From Candidatus Saccharimonadales bacterium (lineage in GTDB: Bacteria > Patescibacteriota > Saccharimonadia > Saccharimonadales > SZUA-47): DNA of 64,000 bases. The notes beneath the pieces were generated by a model. That model worked only from the letters and a program-made list of their open reading frames with translations. It ran no database searches and was not told where the DNA came from. The position numbers were made by a program, and so were the translations under genes. The DNA lies in contig JBGSRU010000001.1 in the NCBI GenBank assembly GCA_041737385.1, forward strand, positions 3,539 to 67,538. The letters are read 5' to 3'. This document shows positions 42,488-51,722 of this stretch, one piece after another (the stretch's first letter is position 1; every line of letters starts with the position of its first letter).

Positions 42488-44707
42488 TTAAATTTCATCT
42501 AACGCGGCTTCTTCGTCAGCCTCAACCGCGCTCATGCCATCAGTAGAGCCAAATACATCATCCATACTTGTAATCAACACGTCTCGTGGCTTTGAACCAG
42601 ACGACGGTCCAACGATGCCCTGTTCTTCCATCTCGTCTATCAAACGAGAAGCTCGGCCGTAGCCAATTCGTAATCTTCGTTGCAACAAACTTGTACTCGC
42701 TTTACGATTCTCAACGATCACGTGCACTGCGTCGCGCCACATATCATCATCTGAGCTACTGCCTGCAGTATCATTATCAGGTACAACGCCACCCTTGCCG
42801 TTGAGCTGAACCGGCTGGCTCACCACTTCATCGTCATACTGTGGCGGGCGCTGCATACGGAGGAAATCATTCACTTTTATCGTTTCTTCATCACTTATAA
42901 ATGCACCTTGTACACGCATTGGCTTTGGCATTTCAGATGTCGAAAACAGCATATCTCCCATACCGAGAAGCTTCTCGGCACCCATACCGTCGATTATGGT
43001 TCGTGAGTCGATCTGACTTGCTACGGTAAAGGCGATTCGAGCTGGTACGTTTGCTTTAATGAGACCAGTAATAACATCAACAGACGGACGCTGCGTTGCA
43101 AGTACTAGGTGGATGCCGGCAGCACGTGCTTTCTGTGCGATTCGTACAATCAGTGCCTCAACGTCTCGCGCTGCCATCATCATAAGATCAGCCAGCTCAT
43201 CAATAACTATAACTACGTACGGCATTGCGTCTTGGTCTTGGAGGTTATTGTATTCAGCGATATTTCTCTTATGCACACCAGCGAATGTTCGAAGCCGTCG
43301 TTCCATCTCTGAAACTGCCCACTTGAGCGCACTAATACACTTTTCTGGCTCTGTAATAACTGGTGTAAGCAGGTGCGGTATGTCGTTATACGGCGTAAGC
43401 TCAACCTGCTTTGGATCAACCAAGATAAGCTTTAAATCAGCAGGGCTGTTGTTATAAAGCAGGCTGGTTAACAACGTATTGATCATAACTGACTTACCTG
43501 AGCCAGTTTGTCCAGCTATCAATAAATGAGGCATTTTATTAAGAGAAGCCACCACCGGTTGCCCCGCTATATCACGGCCAATAGCGAAAGCTAACGGCTC
43601 TTTTGTGATGTTCTTCCATACTTTATCATCCAATACACCAGCAATTCGAACTGTTGCCGACTTCACGTTCGGCACTTCGATACCCACCGCTCGTTTTCCT
43701 GGAATAGGTGCTTCTATTCGGATGCTTTGTGCTGCAAGATTCAGCGACAACTCACGGTCAAGCGCAGATATCTTACTTAGCTTTGTGCCAGAAGGTGGCT
43801 TGAGCGTAAATTGTGTCACACGCGGACCGATGTTCGCACCCTCCATCTCGACATCAATATTAAAGTTCTCAAATGTATCCTTGATAATATCTGCGTTGCC
43901 GTTAACATCACCTGCATCCGCTTTGTCTTGTTTCTTAATTAGGAGATCCGTTGTAGGAAACTGCCAATTAGGATCGCGCGCCTCGGTGAGTGCTTCATGG
44001 TTTTCTTCAGGTGCTAGTTTAGCAGATACAGTATTCTTCATTGAACTTCTCTGTGGGCTGTGTTCTACCGGCACACCTTCGTTTAGTTTAAAGCCCTGAG
44101 GTGCAGCCGTTACTTTTGCCTTCAACTGCTCCATATCCTCTTCATCACTATCAGATCGTTCGCGTCGTTTAAACGGCTTCAAAAACACCTGAAGCGGAAT
44201 ACCGAACGCCCAACAAGCAGCAAGTATCGTCAAGACAAAGAACATAATACTTGCTGGAAGCTTATCAAGCGCTGCGAGTGCTGCATTACCTATAATTTCT
44301 CCGAGTCCTCCTCCGTTACCACCGGAATACTCTGCTGCAGTGTTTGGTCGCGATACAAAAGCAACGTGTAACCAGCTTGAGAGCGCCAATATAAGCGCAC
44401 TCATACTTAGTAACCTTGAAGTAGGAAGATCATATTCCTCTGCCTTAAACTTATACACCGCCCAATAGACTAGTGCGATTGGGGCGAGATATGCAGCCTG
44501 ACCAAGCACTTTATAGACGAGATCAAACATACCAACTGGTAAGCTACCGCCGGTACCAAACCCACCAAGCAGCATAAATATTGCCAATATAATTAGCGCA
44601 ACCGCGCCAACCTGCCTTACGAAAAGATTCGGTTCGCTAAGCTCACTGCTCATTTTCTTTTTGGAGCTAGACTTCTTTTTTGATGATCGTTTTTTTCTTT
44701 TTGCCAT
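42488..44707 (-). CDS. ftsK: DNA translocase FtsK/SpoIIIE
   Basis: N-terminal TM domain, Walker A GQTGSGKSV, C-terminal gamma winged-helix (LLQRRLRIGYGRASRLIDEME). Confidence 0.9.
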   Translation of the reverse strand: MAKRKKRSSKKKSSSKKKMSSELSEPNLFVRQVGAVALIILAIFMLLGGFGTGGSLPVGMFDLVYKVLGQAAYLAPIALVYWAVYKFKAEEYDLPTSRLLSMSALILALSSWLHVAFVSRPNTAAEYSGGNGGGLGEIIGNAALAALDKLPASIMFFVLTILAACWAFGIPLQVFLKPFKRRERSDSDEEDMEQLKAKVTAAPQGFKLNEGVPVEHSPQRSSMKNTVSAKLAPEENHEALTEARDPNWQFPTTDLLIKKQDKADAGDVNGNADIIKDTFENFNIDVEMEGANIGPRVTQFTLKPPSGTKLSKISALDRELSLNLAAQSIRIEAPIPGKRAVGIEVPNVKSATVRIAGVLDDKVWKNITKEPLAFAIGRDIAGQPVVASLNKMPHLLIAGQTGSGKSVMINTLLTSLLYNNSPADLKLILVDPKQVELTPYNDIPHLLTPVITEPEKCISALKWAVSEMERRLRTFAGVHKRNIAEYNNLQDQDAMPYVVIVIDELADLMMMAARDVEALIVRIAQKARAAGIHLVLATQRPSVDVITGLIKANVPARIAFTVASQIDSRTIIDGMGAEKLLGMGDMLFSTSEMPKPMRVQGAFISDEETIKVNDFLRMQRPPQYDDEVVSQPVQLNGKGGVVPDNDTAGSSSDDDMWRDAVHVIVENRKASTSLLQRRLRIGYGRASRLIDEMEEQGIVGPSSGSKPRDVLITSMDDVFGSTDGMSAVEADEEAALDEI

Positions 44708-44785
44708 ATATTTCTATTTTAACACTTTAAGCAGTAGCGATACTACAATGTTGTTATTTTAACATATAAACATAAGCTTTGTCAA

Positions 44786-45226
44786 CTAGTTTTGGGTTAG
44801 CCACTCCTCTAGGGCCTTGATATCTGGAAATGTTTCATTAAATATTTGGTACAGCGTTTCTGTCTTTTCTGGCACCCCTACCGCATAGCATTTTTTGCCC
44901 ATGCCATACGACGCACCTGCTTCAACATGACCTGATATGCCAGCCGGTAGCACGAGTAAAAAGCTCTCACTGTCTCTTTGGGCCTGCATATCTCTTTCGA
45001 AAATTTTCTTGATCAAGCCATCATCAGCATCTAAAGCTTCAAGCTTCTGCATTGATTCTTCGATAGAGCTGTCAGGGTTGAGTTCAACCTTTTCACCTTC
45101 ATATTGATTTTCAATAAAACAGTATGCTGTTTTTCCACTCGCTCGAACGGCATCTAATACTAGTTTAACTTGCTCATGATTACGCCAACGCCCCGCAACA
45201 AAGAAATTATATTTGTATTTACTCAT
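44786..45226 (-). CDS. nucleoside 2-deoxyribosyltransferase-like protein
   Basis: FFVAGRWRN... and DSESFLLVLPAGISGHVEAGASYGMGKKCYAV resemble the family pattern; start chosen at MSKYKY (the ORF track extends to 45364). Confidence 0.4.
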   Translation of the reverse strand: MSKYKYNFFVAGRWRNHEQVKLVLDAVRASGKTAYCFIENQYEGEKVELNPDSSIEESMQKLEALDADDGLIKKIFERDMQAQRDSESFLLVLPAGISGHVEAGASYGMGKKCYAVGVPEKTETLYQIFNETFPDIKALEEWLTQN

Positions 45227-45442
45227 CTTAGGAAAATTATAGCATCTAAAGACTACTGTACTAAAACGCTCTGGCTTGAGTGCAGCTTGGACTTTTTCGT
45301 TAACGCACGGAACGAGTCGTACGCTATGGTACGGTGAAGTGAGTACGTTGACGAAAAAGTTCAAGATGTGTCAAGACACAAAAATCCCCAGCGCGTAGAG
45401 CTATGCTCTGCGGCAGGGGGATTGTTTGTGGACCAGAGTGTT

Positions 45443-47542
45443 TTAGTCGGTGCGGGGATCGTGGCCGAGAAGTTGCTGCCGCATCATAGCAAAGCGGTCT
45501 TGTTGTTCTGCTGCAATTTGCTCGGGTGTTTTCTCGGGTGCTTGTGGCTTGTTGTTCTGGTCATTACGGTTGTTATTTGAACTACTATTGTTTCCAGATT
45601 TACCGCCTCCACCACTAATAATGTTCACGACAGGAATCACAATCGGACTTCGCTGTGTTTGTTCATACAAGAAGTGCGTGACGTAATCTTTAATCTCTGC
45701 TTTAAATCTATCAAGGTCAACACGCTTGAATCGTTGTACAACTGCACGCTTAAGCTCTGATCGGAATAGGTTCATGAGTTCTTCGTTATCACGCATATAG
45801 ATGAATCCACGGCTAATGATATCTGGGCTAGTCATCAACTGACCAGTTTTCTTATCCATGGTCAGGATCACAACGACAAGCCCGTCTTCGCTGAGGATCA
45901 AGCGATCTTTGACGACAATGTTGCTCACTGTCGCCCCAGTTTGGTCAACAAGTACCGTCCCAACAGGCACTTCACCGCTCGACTTCATAGAATCCGCGGT
46001 CAGCTCTATTACTTCACCGTTATCAATCGTCCGAACATTGGCTTTCGGAAAACCACGTTTGATTGCTTCTTTATTGTGATATTTCTGTGCGGTGTACGCG
46101 CCATATATAGGCAGCAAGAACTTCGGTTGGATCATATCGATCATTTCCATATAGTCATCAAGTGAACAGTGGCCTGATACGTGCAGTGGACCACAACCAT
46201 CGACTTCACGCGTCTGGTGTCGGAATACTTGCACATCTTTTCTGTTCAGATCATCAACCATGTCAGCGATAAGTTTGTCGTTACCGCTCTCTGGGATCGG
46301 CGTACTCGATAGGATAACCGTATCAAGTGCTTTGAGCTTAATGTGCTTGTGGTCACCACTCGACATACGTTGCAGCGCTGAATTTGGCTCGCCCTGCGAA
46401 CCAGTACAGATAATCACTACTTCATTATCTTTCATGTTAGGGACGCTAGCGATTGGCACAAAAGTTCCTTTTGGAATCTTAATCATCCCCAACTTAATCG
46501 CGACCTCAAGCGTAGAAAGCATACTTCGGCCGTCCATAGCAATTTTTCGGTTATGGGCAGTTGCCGCATTCACGAGCATCTGGATTCGGTTCATGTTACT
46601 TGAGAAACAAGCAACAAACACCCGTCCTGGTGAACGTTCAAACAAGTCAACAAATGTGTGTTCAATAGTACTTTCTGAAGGCGTACGTCCAGGTTTAGCA
46701 GAGCTCATACACTCGTTTAGGAGTAGCAATACTCCTTCGCGGCCGAGCTCTTCAAGCCGTTCGATATCTGATCTCTCATGATCGTGCGGGTTCGGATCAA
46801 GTTTGTAATCGCCCGTACAAACGATTCTACCGACAGGTGTATCAAGTACAACAACGGTGCTTCCGGGGATCGAGTGTGTCACGCGTACGAGCTCAACAAA
46901 GAACTGTCCGATTTTTAGCTTCTCGTGAGTTGTTTCATTCATGGTAACTGTTTCAAGCTTGAAACCTTCTGGCATCGGAATACCAAAATTATCAAAGAAC
47001 CGCTCAACCATACCAATGGTAAAGTTAGAGCCGTAAATTGGCGCCGGATACTTCGGCACGATATGTGGCAGCCCACCGATATGATCAAGGTGACCGTGCG
47101 TGATGATATACGCCTTTAGTTTATGTTTAATCGAGTCTAGGTAGGTGGTATCAGCGATACCATAGTTGATACCCGGCAAGTCAACGCCGAGGTCGTTACC
47201 GGCGTCAATAATGACTGCCTCGTCTTTGTACTCAACGACGATCATGTTCTTTGAACCACCGCCGTCCATGCCACCGAGACCGATAACTTTTAGGACTGGT
47301 CGATCGTCGATTTTGTTGGCACGGTTCATTGGCTGAACTTCAGCGAGGTTATACTGACTGATAAGCCTGTTGGCGTCATCATTGTTACGTCGCTGCGCAC
47401 GAATAGCTTCGCCCCTAGATGCACTTCGTGCAGTTTCGGTTGTCTTCAGACGCGGTGACGACGAGCTTAGTGCAGGTTTATTATTACTATTGCCGCCCCC
47501 ATTTCGTCTTCCTTGTTGATTTGGATTTTTTTGTTTATTCAT
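45443..47542 (-). CDS. rnj: ribonuclease J with low-complexity N- and C-terminal extensions
   Basis: Metallo-beta-lactamase motif ITHGHLDHIGG, beta-CASP core; N/G/Q-rich tails. Confidence 0.85.
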   Translation of the reverse strand: MNKQKNPNQQGRRNGGGNSNNKPALSSSSPRLKTTETARSASRGEAIRAQRRNNDDANRLISQYNLAEVQPMNRANKIDDRPVLKVIGLGGMDGGGSKNMIVVEYKDEAVIIDAGNDLGVDLPGINYGIADTTYLDSIKHKLKAYIITHGHLDHIGGLPHIVPKYPAPIYGSNFTIGMVERFFDNFGIPMPEGFKLETVTMNETTHEKLKIGQFFVELVRVTHSIPGSTVVVLDTPVGRIVCTGDYKLDPNPHDHERSDIERLEELGREGVLLLLNECMSSAKPGRTPSESTIEHTFVDLFERSPGRVFVACFSSNMNRIQMLVNAATAHNRKIAMDGRSMLSTLEVAIKLGMIKIPKGTFVPIASVPNMKDNEVVIICTGSQGEPNSALQRMSSGDHKHIKLKALDTVILSSTPIPESGNDKLIADMVDDLNRKDVQVFRHQTREVDGCGPLHVSGHCSLDDYMEMIDMIQPKFLLPIYGAYTAQKYHNKEAIKRGFPKANVRTIDNGEVIELTADSMKSSGEVPVGTVLVDQTGATVSNIVVKDRLILSEDGLVVVILTMDKKTGQLMTSPDIISRGFIYMRDNEELMNLFRSELKRAVVQRFKRVDLDRFKAEIKDYVTHFLYEQTQRSPIVIPVVNIISGGGGKSGNNSSSNNNRNDQNNKPQAPEKTPEQIAAEQQDRFAMMRQQLLGHDPRTD

Positions 47543-47574
47543 TGTTTTTACTCCTTAGATTGTATAAAAAATGT

Positions 47575-48159
47575 TTATTGTTCTGTTACTAATGTATGTA
47601 CGTTTTGGAAATCTTCGAGTAATGTACTCCGAAGACTGCCGTTATATAACGCTGCTGCTGGATGATAAAGAGGCAAAACAAGCATGCTTGTCTCTTTATT
47701 CTCTAGTAGCATTTTTACTTTTTTTGTTTTGCCATGATCTGTACTGATTTGTAGATCCTTGATAAATGCTTGACCACTGTGTCTCCCGAGCGTTGCAACT
47801 ACTTTTGGTCTGATTATTGCTAGTTGCTGCAAGAGATACGGCCAAAACTCTGTCTTCTCAGTAGGCAATGGATCACGATTGTTCGGTGGTCGATATTTTA
47901 CTATGTTGGTAATGTACACGTCTTGCCTCTTAATGTTTACTGAATCCAGCATTTCGTCGAGAAACTTTCCTGCTACTCCAACAAATGGTTTTCCAGTTTT
48001 ATCTTCGTTCTTACCCGGCGCTTCCCCTACAAATACGATGTCTGCATCCGGATTGCCCGAGCCAAACACCAACTGATTAGCGGTGACTGCTAGCTCTTTG
48101 GCTGGCTGATTTGTCTCAATGAGCTTTTTTAGTTGTTCGAGCTGTTCTTGTTTTGTCAT
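47575..48159 (-). CDS. uracil-DNA glycosylase, family 4-like
   Basis: LVFGSGNPDADIVFVGEAPGKNEDKTGKPFVGVAGKFL. Alternative start at 48228 would overlap the small membrane ORF further. Confidence 0.75.
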   Translation of the reverse strand: MTKQEQLEQLKKLIETNQPAKELAVTANQLVFGSGNPDADIVFVGEAPGKNEDKTGKPFVGVAGKFLDEMLDSVNIKRQDVYITNIVKYRPPNNRDPLPTEKTEFWPYLLQQLAIIRPKVVATLGRHSGQAFIKDLQISTDHGKTKKVKMLLENKETSMLVLPLYHPAAALYNGSLRSTLLEDFQNVHTLVTEQ

Positions 48160-48385
48160 GTGTCTGCTTAAAAAATCGTTTTTTAATTGCTTCTTTTGTA
48201 TAGTAGGCGGCGTAATAAAGGCTGACATAGGTGATTATGTAGGCAAGAATCTTGCCACTATCAACTGCCCAAGACGCGAAGATGTATGCAAGTATATATG
48301 CGACAACTGCAGCGCCTAAAAGTTTAAGCCATGAGCTGTCTCTGATTGCTACAGATGATTTTTTTGCCATATGTATTTGCCCCAC
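48116..48385 (-). CDS. small membrane protein (uncertain)
   Basis: 89-aa ORF with two clear hydrophobic helices; its 3' end overlaps the UDG gene. Confidence 0.3.
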   Translation of the reverse strand: MGQIHMAKKSSVAIRDSSWLKLLGAAVVAYILAYIFASWAVDSGKILAYIITYVSLYYAAYYTKEAIKKRFFKQTHDKTRTARTTKKAH

Positions 48386-48408
48386 TTTTTTTAGTTAGCC
48401 TTTATCTA

Positions 48409-50547
48409 CTAATTTTCTAGTTCTCGCTTGGCTGCTTTCATTGATAATTGTAATCGTCCTCGATCATCAATTGCAACTAGTTTAACGGTGACAAGATCAC
48501 CTTCTTTAACAACATCAGACACTTTCTCGACACGTTCTTCTGATAACTCACTGACATGAACTAGGCCGTCTTTTCCGGGCATAATCTGTACGAAGGCACC
48601 GAAGTCCATGACACTCATGACTGGCTTATCTCGGTAAATAGCGCCTATTTGTGGTTCGGCAACAATATCGTTGATCATTTGCTTCGCAACCTCAATCTTT
48701 GCTTTGTCAGGGCTTGCGATCATCACGGTACCATCATCTTTGATGTCGATTTCTGTACCACTCTCGGCAGTAATTCTTTGAATTGTTTCACCACCTTTGC
48801 CAATTATCTCACGAATCTTATCTGGGTTGATTTTGATTGATTCAACTCGTGGCGCATAAGGACTCATATCTTTTGGTGAACTGATGATAGTTTCCATGTG
48901 CGCGAGGATTTCGTTTCTTCCAGTTTTACCCTGTTCAAGAGCCATTGCAAGTATTTCTGTTGGCAGTCCGTGGACTTTCATGTCCATCTGAAGCGCAGTA
49001 ATACCATTCTTTGTACCAGTCACTTTAAAGTCCATGTCTCCGGCAAAATCTTCAGCGTCTGCAATATCGCTCAACACGTAAGGCGTGTCGCCGTCGAGCA
49101 TCAAGCCCATTGCAATACCACTCACCATACCTTTTAATGGGACACCGGCATCAAGTAGTGCAAGACATGACGAACATGTTGCAGCCATAGAAGTTGAACC
49201 ATTTTGGCTCATGATTTCTGTCACTGATCGGATTGCATAAGGAAAGTCTGCTTCGTCTGGCAACATTGGTAACAGGGCACGTTCTGCAAGGTAGCCATGT
49301 CCTATCTCACGTCGGCCAGGCCCCATGAGACGCTTTACTTCACCAACTGTCCAGCCTGGAGCGTTGTAGTGGTGCATATAGCGTCGTTCCATATCGCGTT
49401 CCATTGTGTCGACAATCTGAGAGAAGCTAAGTGGTGCAAGCGTGACGATGTTCATCGCTTGTGTCACACCGCGTGTGAATATACTTGAGCCATGAGCACG
49501 TGGTAAGAAACCAGTCTCACTAGAAAGATCCCTAACCTCTGTCATCTTCCGACCGTCTGGACGTATTTGTTCGTTGACAATGCCAGCGCGTGCATCAAGG
49601 TGCACAGTCATCTGAAATGCTTCTGCGTAGTCGCCCTTTACTGCTGCATACGCTTCTTCACCAAGCTCAGCTTCGAAATGAGTATGTAGTGCGCTTCTGA
49701 TCTCGTCTATCATTGCATTACGAACTGGATACTCTTTGCGTAGCTCAACTCCTAGTTTGCCAGCACACCATTCGTCAACTGCTTTTTGTATATCAGCGTC
49801 TGGCTTCACGAGTTCATATTCAAGTGGCTTCACACCGACTTTTTCTACCAGCTCTTTTTGAAGCGCAATCGCTGGTTGCATAGCTTCTTGTGCCCATGCA
49901 ATCGCCTCAATAACCTCTTGTTCGGTGACTTCGTTTGCACCAGCTTCAACCATCATGACGCCACCGGTTGTGCCAGCTACGACAAGATCAAGTTTGCTGT
50001 TGTCATACTCTTCAGCACTCATGAATGCTTTATAGTCGCCTGATTCTGTCATTCCTACACGCAAACCAGCAACAGGACCATCGAACGGCGCACCCGTTAG
50101 TGATAGCGCGGTACTTATTGCGATCATCGCGATCATATCTGGGCGGAAACTCGGATCAGTACTGAGCACTGTTGCGATTCCTTGCACTTCTTGTCGATAG
50201 CCTTTTGGCCAAAGCGGTCGAATCGGTCGGTCAATAATACGACCTATCAATATTGCTTCTTCTGACGGACGACCTTCGCGCTTGATAAACCTTGAGCCGC
50301 TGATTTTACCAGCAGCATATAGTTTTTCTTCATAATCAATACTTAAAGGGAAATAATCCATGCCGTGCACTGGTCGATTACCAACCATAGCTGTACCAAG
50401 TACTACCGTGTCGCCATATCGTACGAGCACTGAAGCAGTTGAACGAAAGCCTACTCTATTAATCTCAAGAGATAGCTCTTGTCCACACAACTCAGTCTTA
50501 ACGCTCAAGACATCTTTGCCGAACGGGTTAATAATTGCTGAATCCAT
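48409..50547 (-). CDS. pnp: polynucleotide phosphorylase
   Basis: 712 aa; two RNase PH domains, KH (IIGKGGETIQ) and S1 domains. Confidence 0.95.
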   Translation of the reverse strand: MDSAIINPFGKDVLSVKTELCGQELSLEINRVGFRSTASVLVRYGDTVVLGTAMVGNRPVHGMDYFPLSIDYEEKLYAAGKISGSRFIKREGRPSEEAILIGRIIDRPIRPLWPKGYRQEVQGIATVLSTDPSFRPDMIAMIAISTALSLTGAPFDGPVAGLRVGMTESGDYKAFMSAEEYDNSKLDLVVAGTTGGVMMVEAGANEVTEQEVIEAIAWAQEAMQPAIALQKELVEKVGVKPLEYELVKPDADIQKAVDEWCAGKLGVELRKEYPVRNAMIDEIRSALHTHFEAELGEEAYAAVKGDYAEAFQMTVHLDARAGIVNEQIRPDGRKMTEVRDLSSETGFLPRAHGSSIFTRGVTQAMNIVTLAPLSFSQIVDTMERDMERRYMHHYNAPGWTVGEVKRLMGPGRREIGHGYLAERALLPMLPDEADFPYAIRSVTEIMSQNGSTSMAATCSSCLALLDAGVPLKGMVSGIAMGLMLDGDTPYVLSDIADAEDFAGDMDFKVTGTKNGITALQMDMKVHGLPTEILAMALEQGKTGRNEILAHMETIISSPKDMSPYAPRVESIKINPDKIREIIGKGGETIQRITAESGTEIDIKDDGTVMIASPDKAKIEVAKQMINDIVAEPQIGAIYRDKPVMSVMDFGAFVQIMPGKDGLVHVSELSEERVEKVSDVVKEGDLVTVKLVAIDDRGRLQLSMKAAKRELEN

Positions 50548-50650
50548 ATTTTTAATCCTTTTCTTGGAGTATCAGTAACAGGGTTCAGGTTGTATATGAT
50601 ACAAACTGTGCTCTACTACTGATTTTAACCCCTATTATTTTCTTCTAGCC

Positions 50651-50680
50651 CACGCATCTGTTATTGCTAAGAGATGCGTG
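50651..50680 (-). promoter_or_regulatory. 9-bp-stem hairpin in the rpsO-pnp spacer
   Basis: cacgcatct-N12-agatgcgtg, 29 nt downstream of the rpsO stop. No U-run follows, so it is a processing or attenuation candidate rather than a clean terminator. Confidence 0.4.
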
Positions 50681-50708
50681 CGTAAAAAGAAACAAACTTT
50701 CTACTAAA

Positions 50709-50987
50709 TTAACGACGAAGACCGAGTTTTTTAATGAGCGCTAGATAAGCTGCACTATCTTTACTAGCTAAGTAGCGTAATAATTTCTTTCTTCTTCCAA
50801 CCATAACAAGCAAGCCGCGGCGTGCCATGTGGTCTTTTTTGTTCACTTTCAGGTGTTCAGTAAGTTCGTTAATACGCGTCGTAAGCGCAGTTACCTGCAC
50901 TGATGGTGAGCCAGTATCTTCGACTGTGGTGGTTGCAGCACTTTTAGCGGTGCTTTTCTCTTTAGTTTCTGTCATTGTTGGAGACAA
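50709..50987 (-). CDS. rpsO: 30S ribosomal protein S15
   Basis: ...[32 protein letters not shown]. Confidence 0.9.
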   Translation of the reverse strand: MSPTMTETKEKSTAKSAATTTVEDTGSPSVQVTALTTRINELTEHLKVNKKDHMARRGLLVMVGRRKKLLRYLASKDSAAYLALIKKLGLRR

Positions 50988-51007
50988 CTATAGCACGCCT
51001 GACTTCT

Positions 51008-51694
51008 TTAGACAAGAGTTTTTTGCAATTCCTCTTCGGTCAACTCTGAAATTGCTTGCGCTTGTGTAACCGTGTATTCGCCTATTGATACCCGCCGTAA
51101 CTCCGACAAATACGCTCCACAACCTAGTGTGTCTCCAAGATCTCGTGCCAAACTACGTATGTATGTTCCTGACGAAACATGACAAACAAATGCTACTTCT
51201 GAGCCGGTCACAACGATTGACTCAATCTTATAAATGTTGACTTTTCTCGTTTTCAATTTTGGTGTTTCGCCAGCTCTAGCGATGCTGTAGGCACGTTTTC
51301 CTTCAATTTTTATTGCACTGTAAGCTGGTGGCAGTTGATCTATCTCTCCGACGTAGCTTTTTAATGCAGTAGCTACTTGATCGAGAGGCATCCGGGGTTC
51401 AACTCCACTACTTGTCAGCTCTCCTTCCGCATCATCGGTGGTGCTTCTCGCACCAAACGTCACTTTAGCGCGGTAGATCTTATCTTTCTTCATGAAACTG
51501 TCTTGTTGCTTTGTCAGAGCGCCGACCAAAACAATCAAAAGCCCTGTTGCCATCGGGTCCAACGTGCCAGCATGACCAACTTTAATTTTTTTGTCACCCG
51601 ACAGCTGACGTAATTGACCACGAACTTTAGCAACAACGTCAAAACTTGTCCAACCTTTTGGCTTATCTATGAGCAGTAAGCCTTTAATATTCAT
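51008..51694 (-). CDS. truB: tRNA pseudouridine(55) synthase
   Basis: GLLLIDKPKGWTSFDVV...GHAGTLDPMATGLL (catalytic Asp). Confidence 0.9.
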   Translation of the reverse strand: MNIKGLLLIDKPKGWTSFDVVAKVRGQLRQLSGDKKIKVGHAGTLDPMATGLLIVLVGALTKQQDSFMKKDKIYRAKVTFGARSTTDDAEGELTSSGVEPRMPLDQVATALKSYVGEIDQLPPAYSAIKIEGKRAYSIARAGETPKLKTRKVNIYKIESIVVTGSEVAFVCHVSSGTYIRSLARDLGDTLGCGAYLSELRRVSIGEYTVTQAQAISELTEEELQKTLV

Positions 51695-51722
51695 ACTCCA
51701 AGCTTACCATTGTTGTTTTGTT

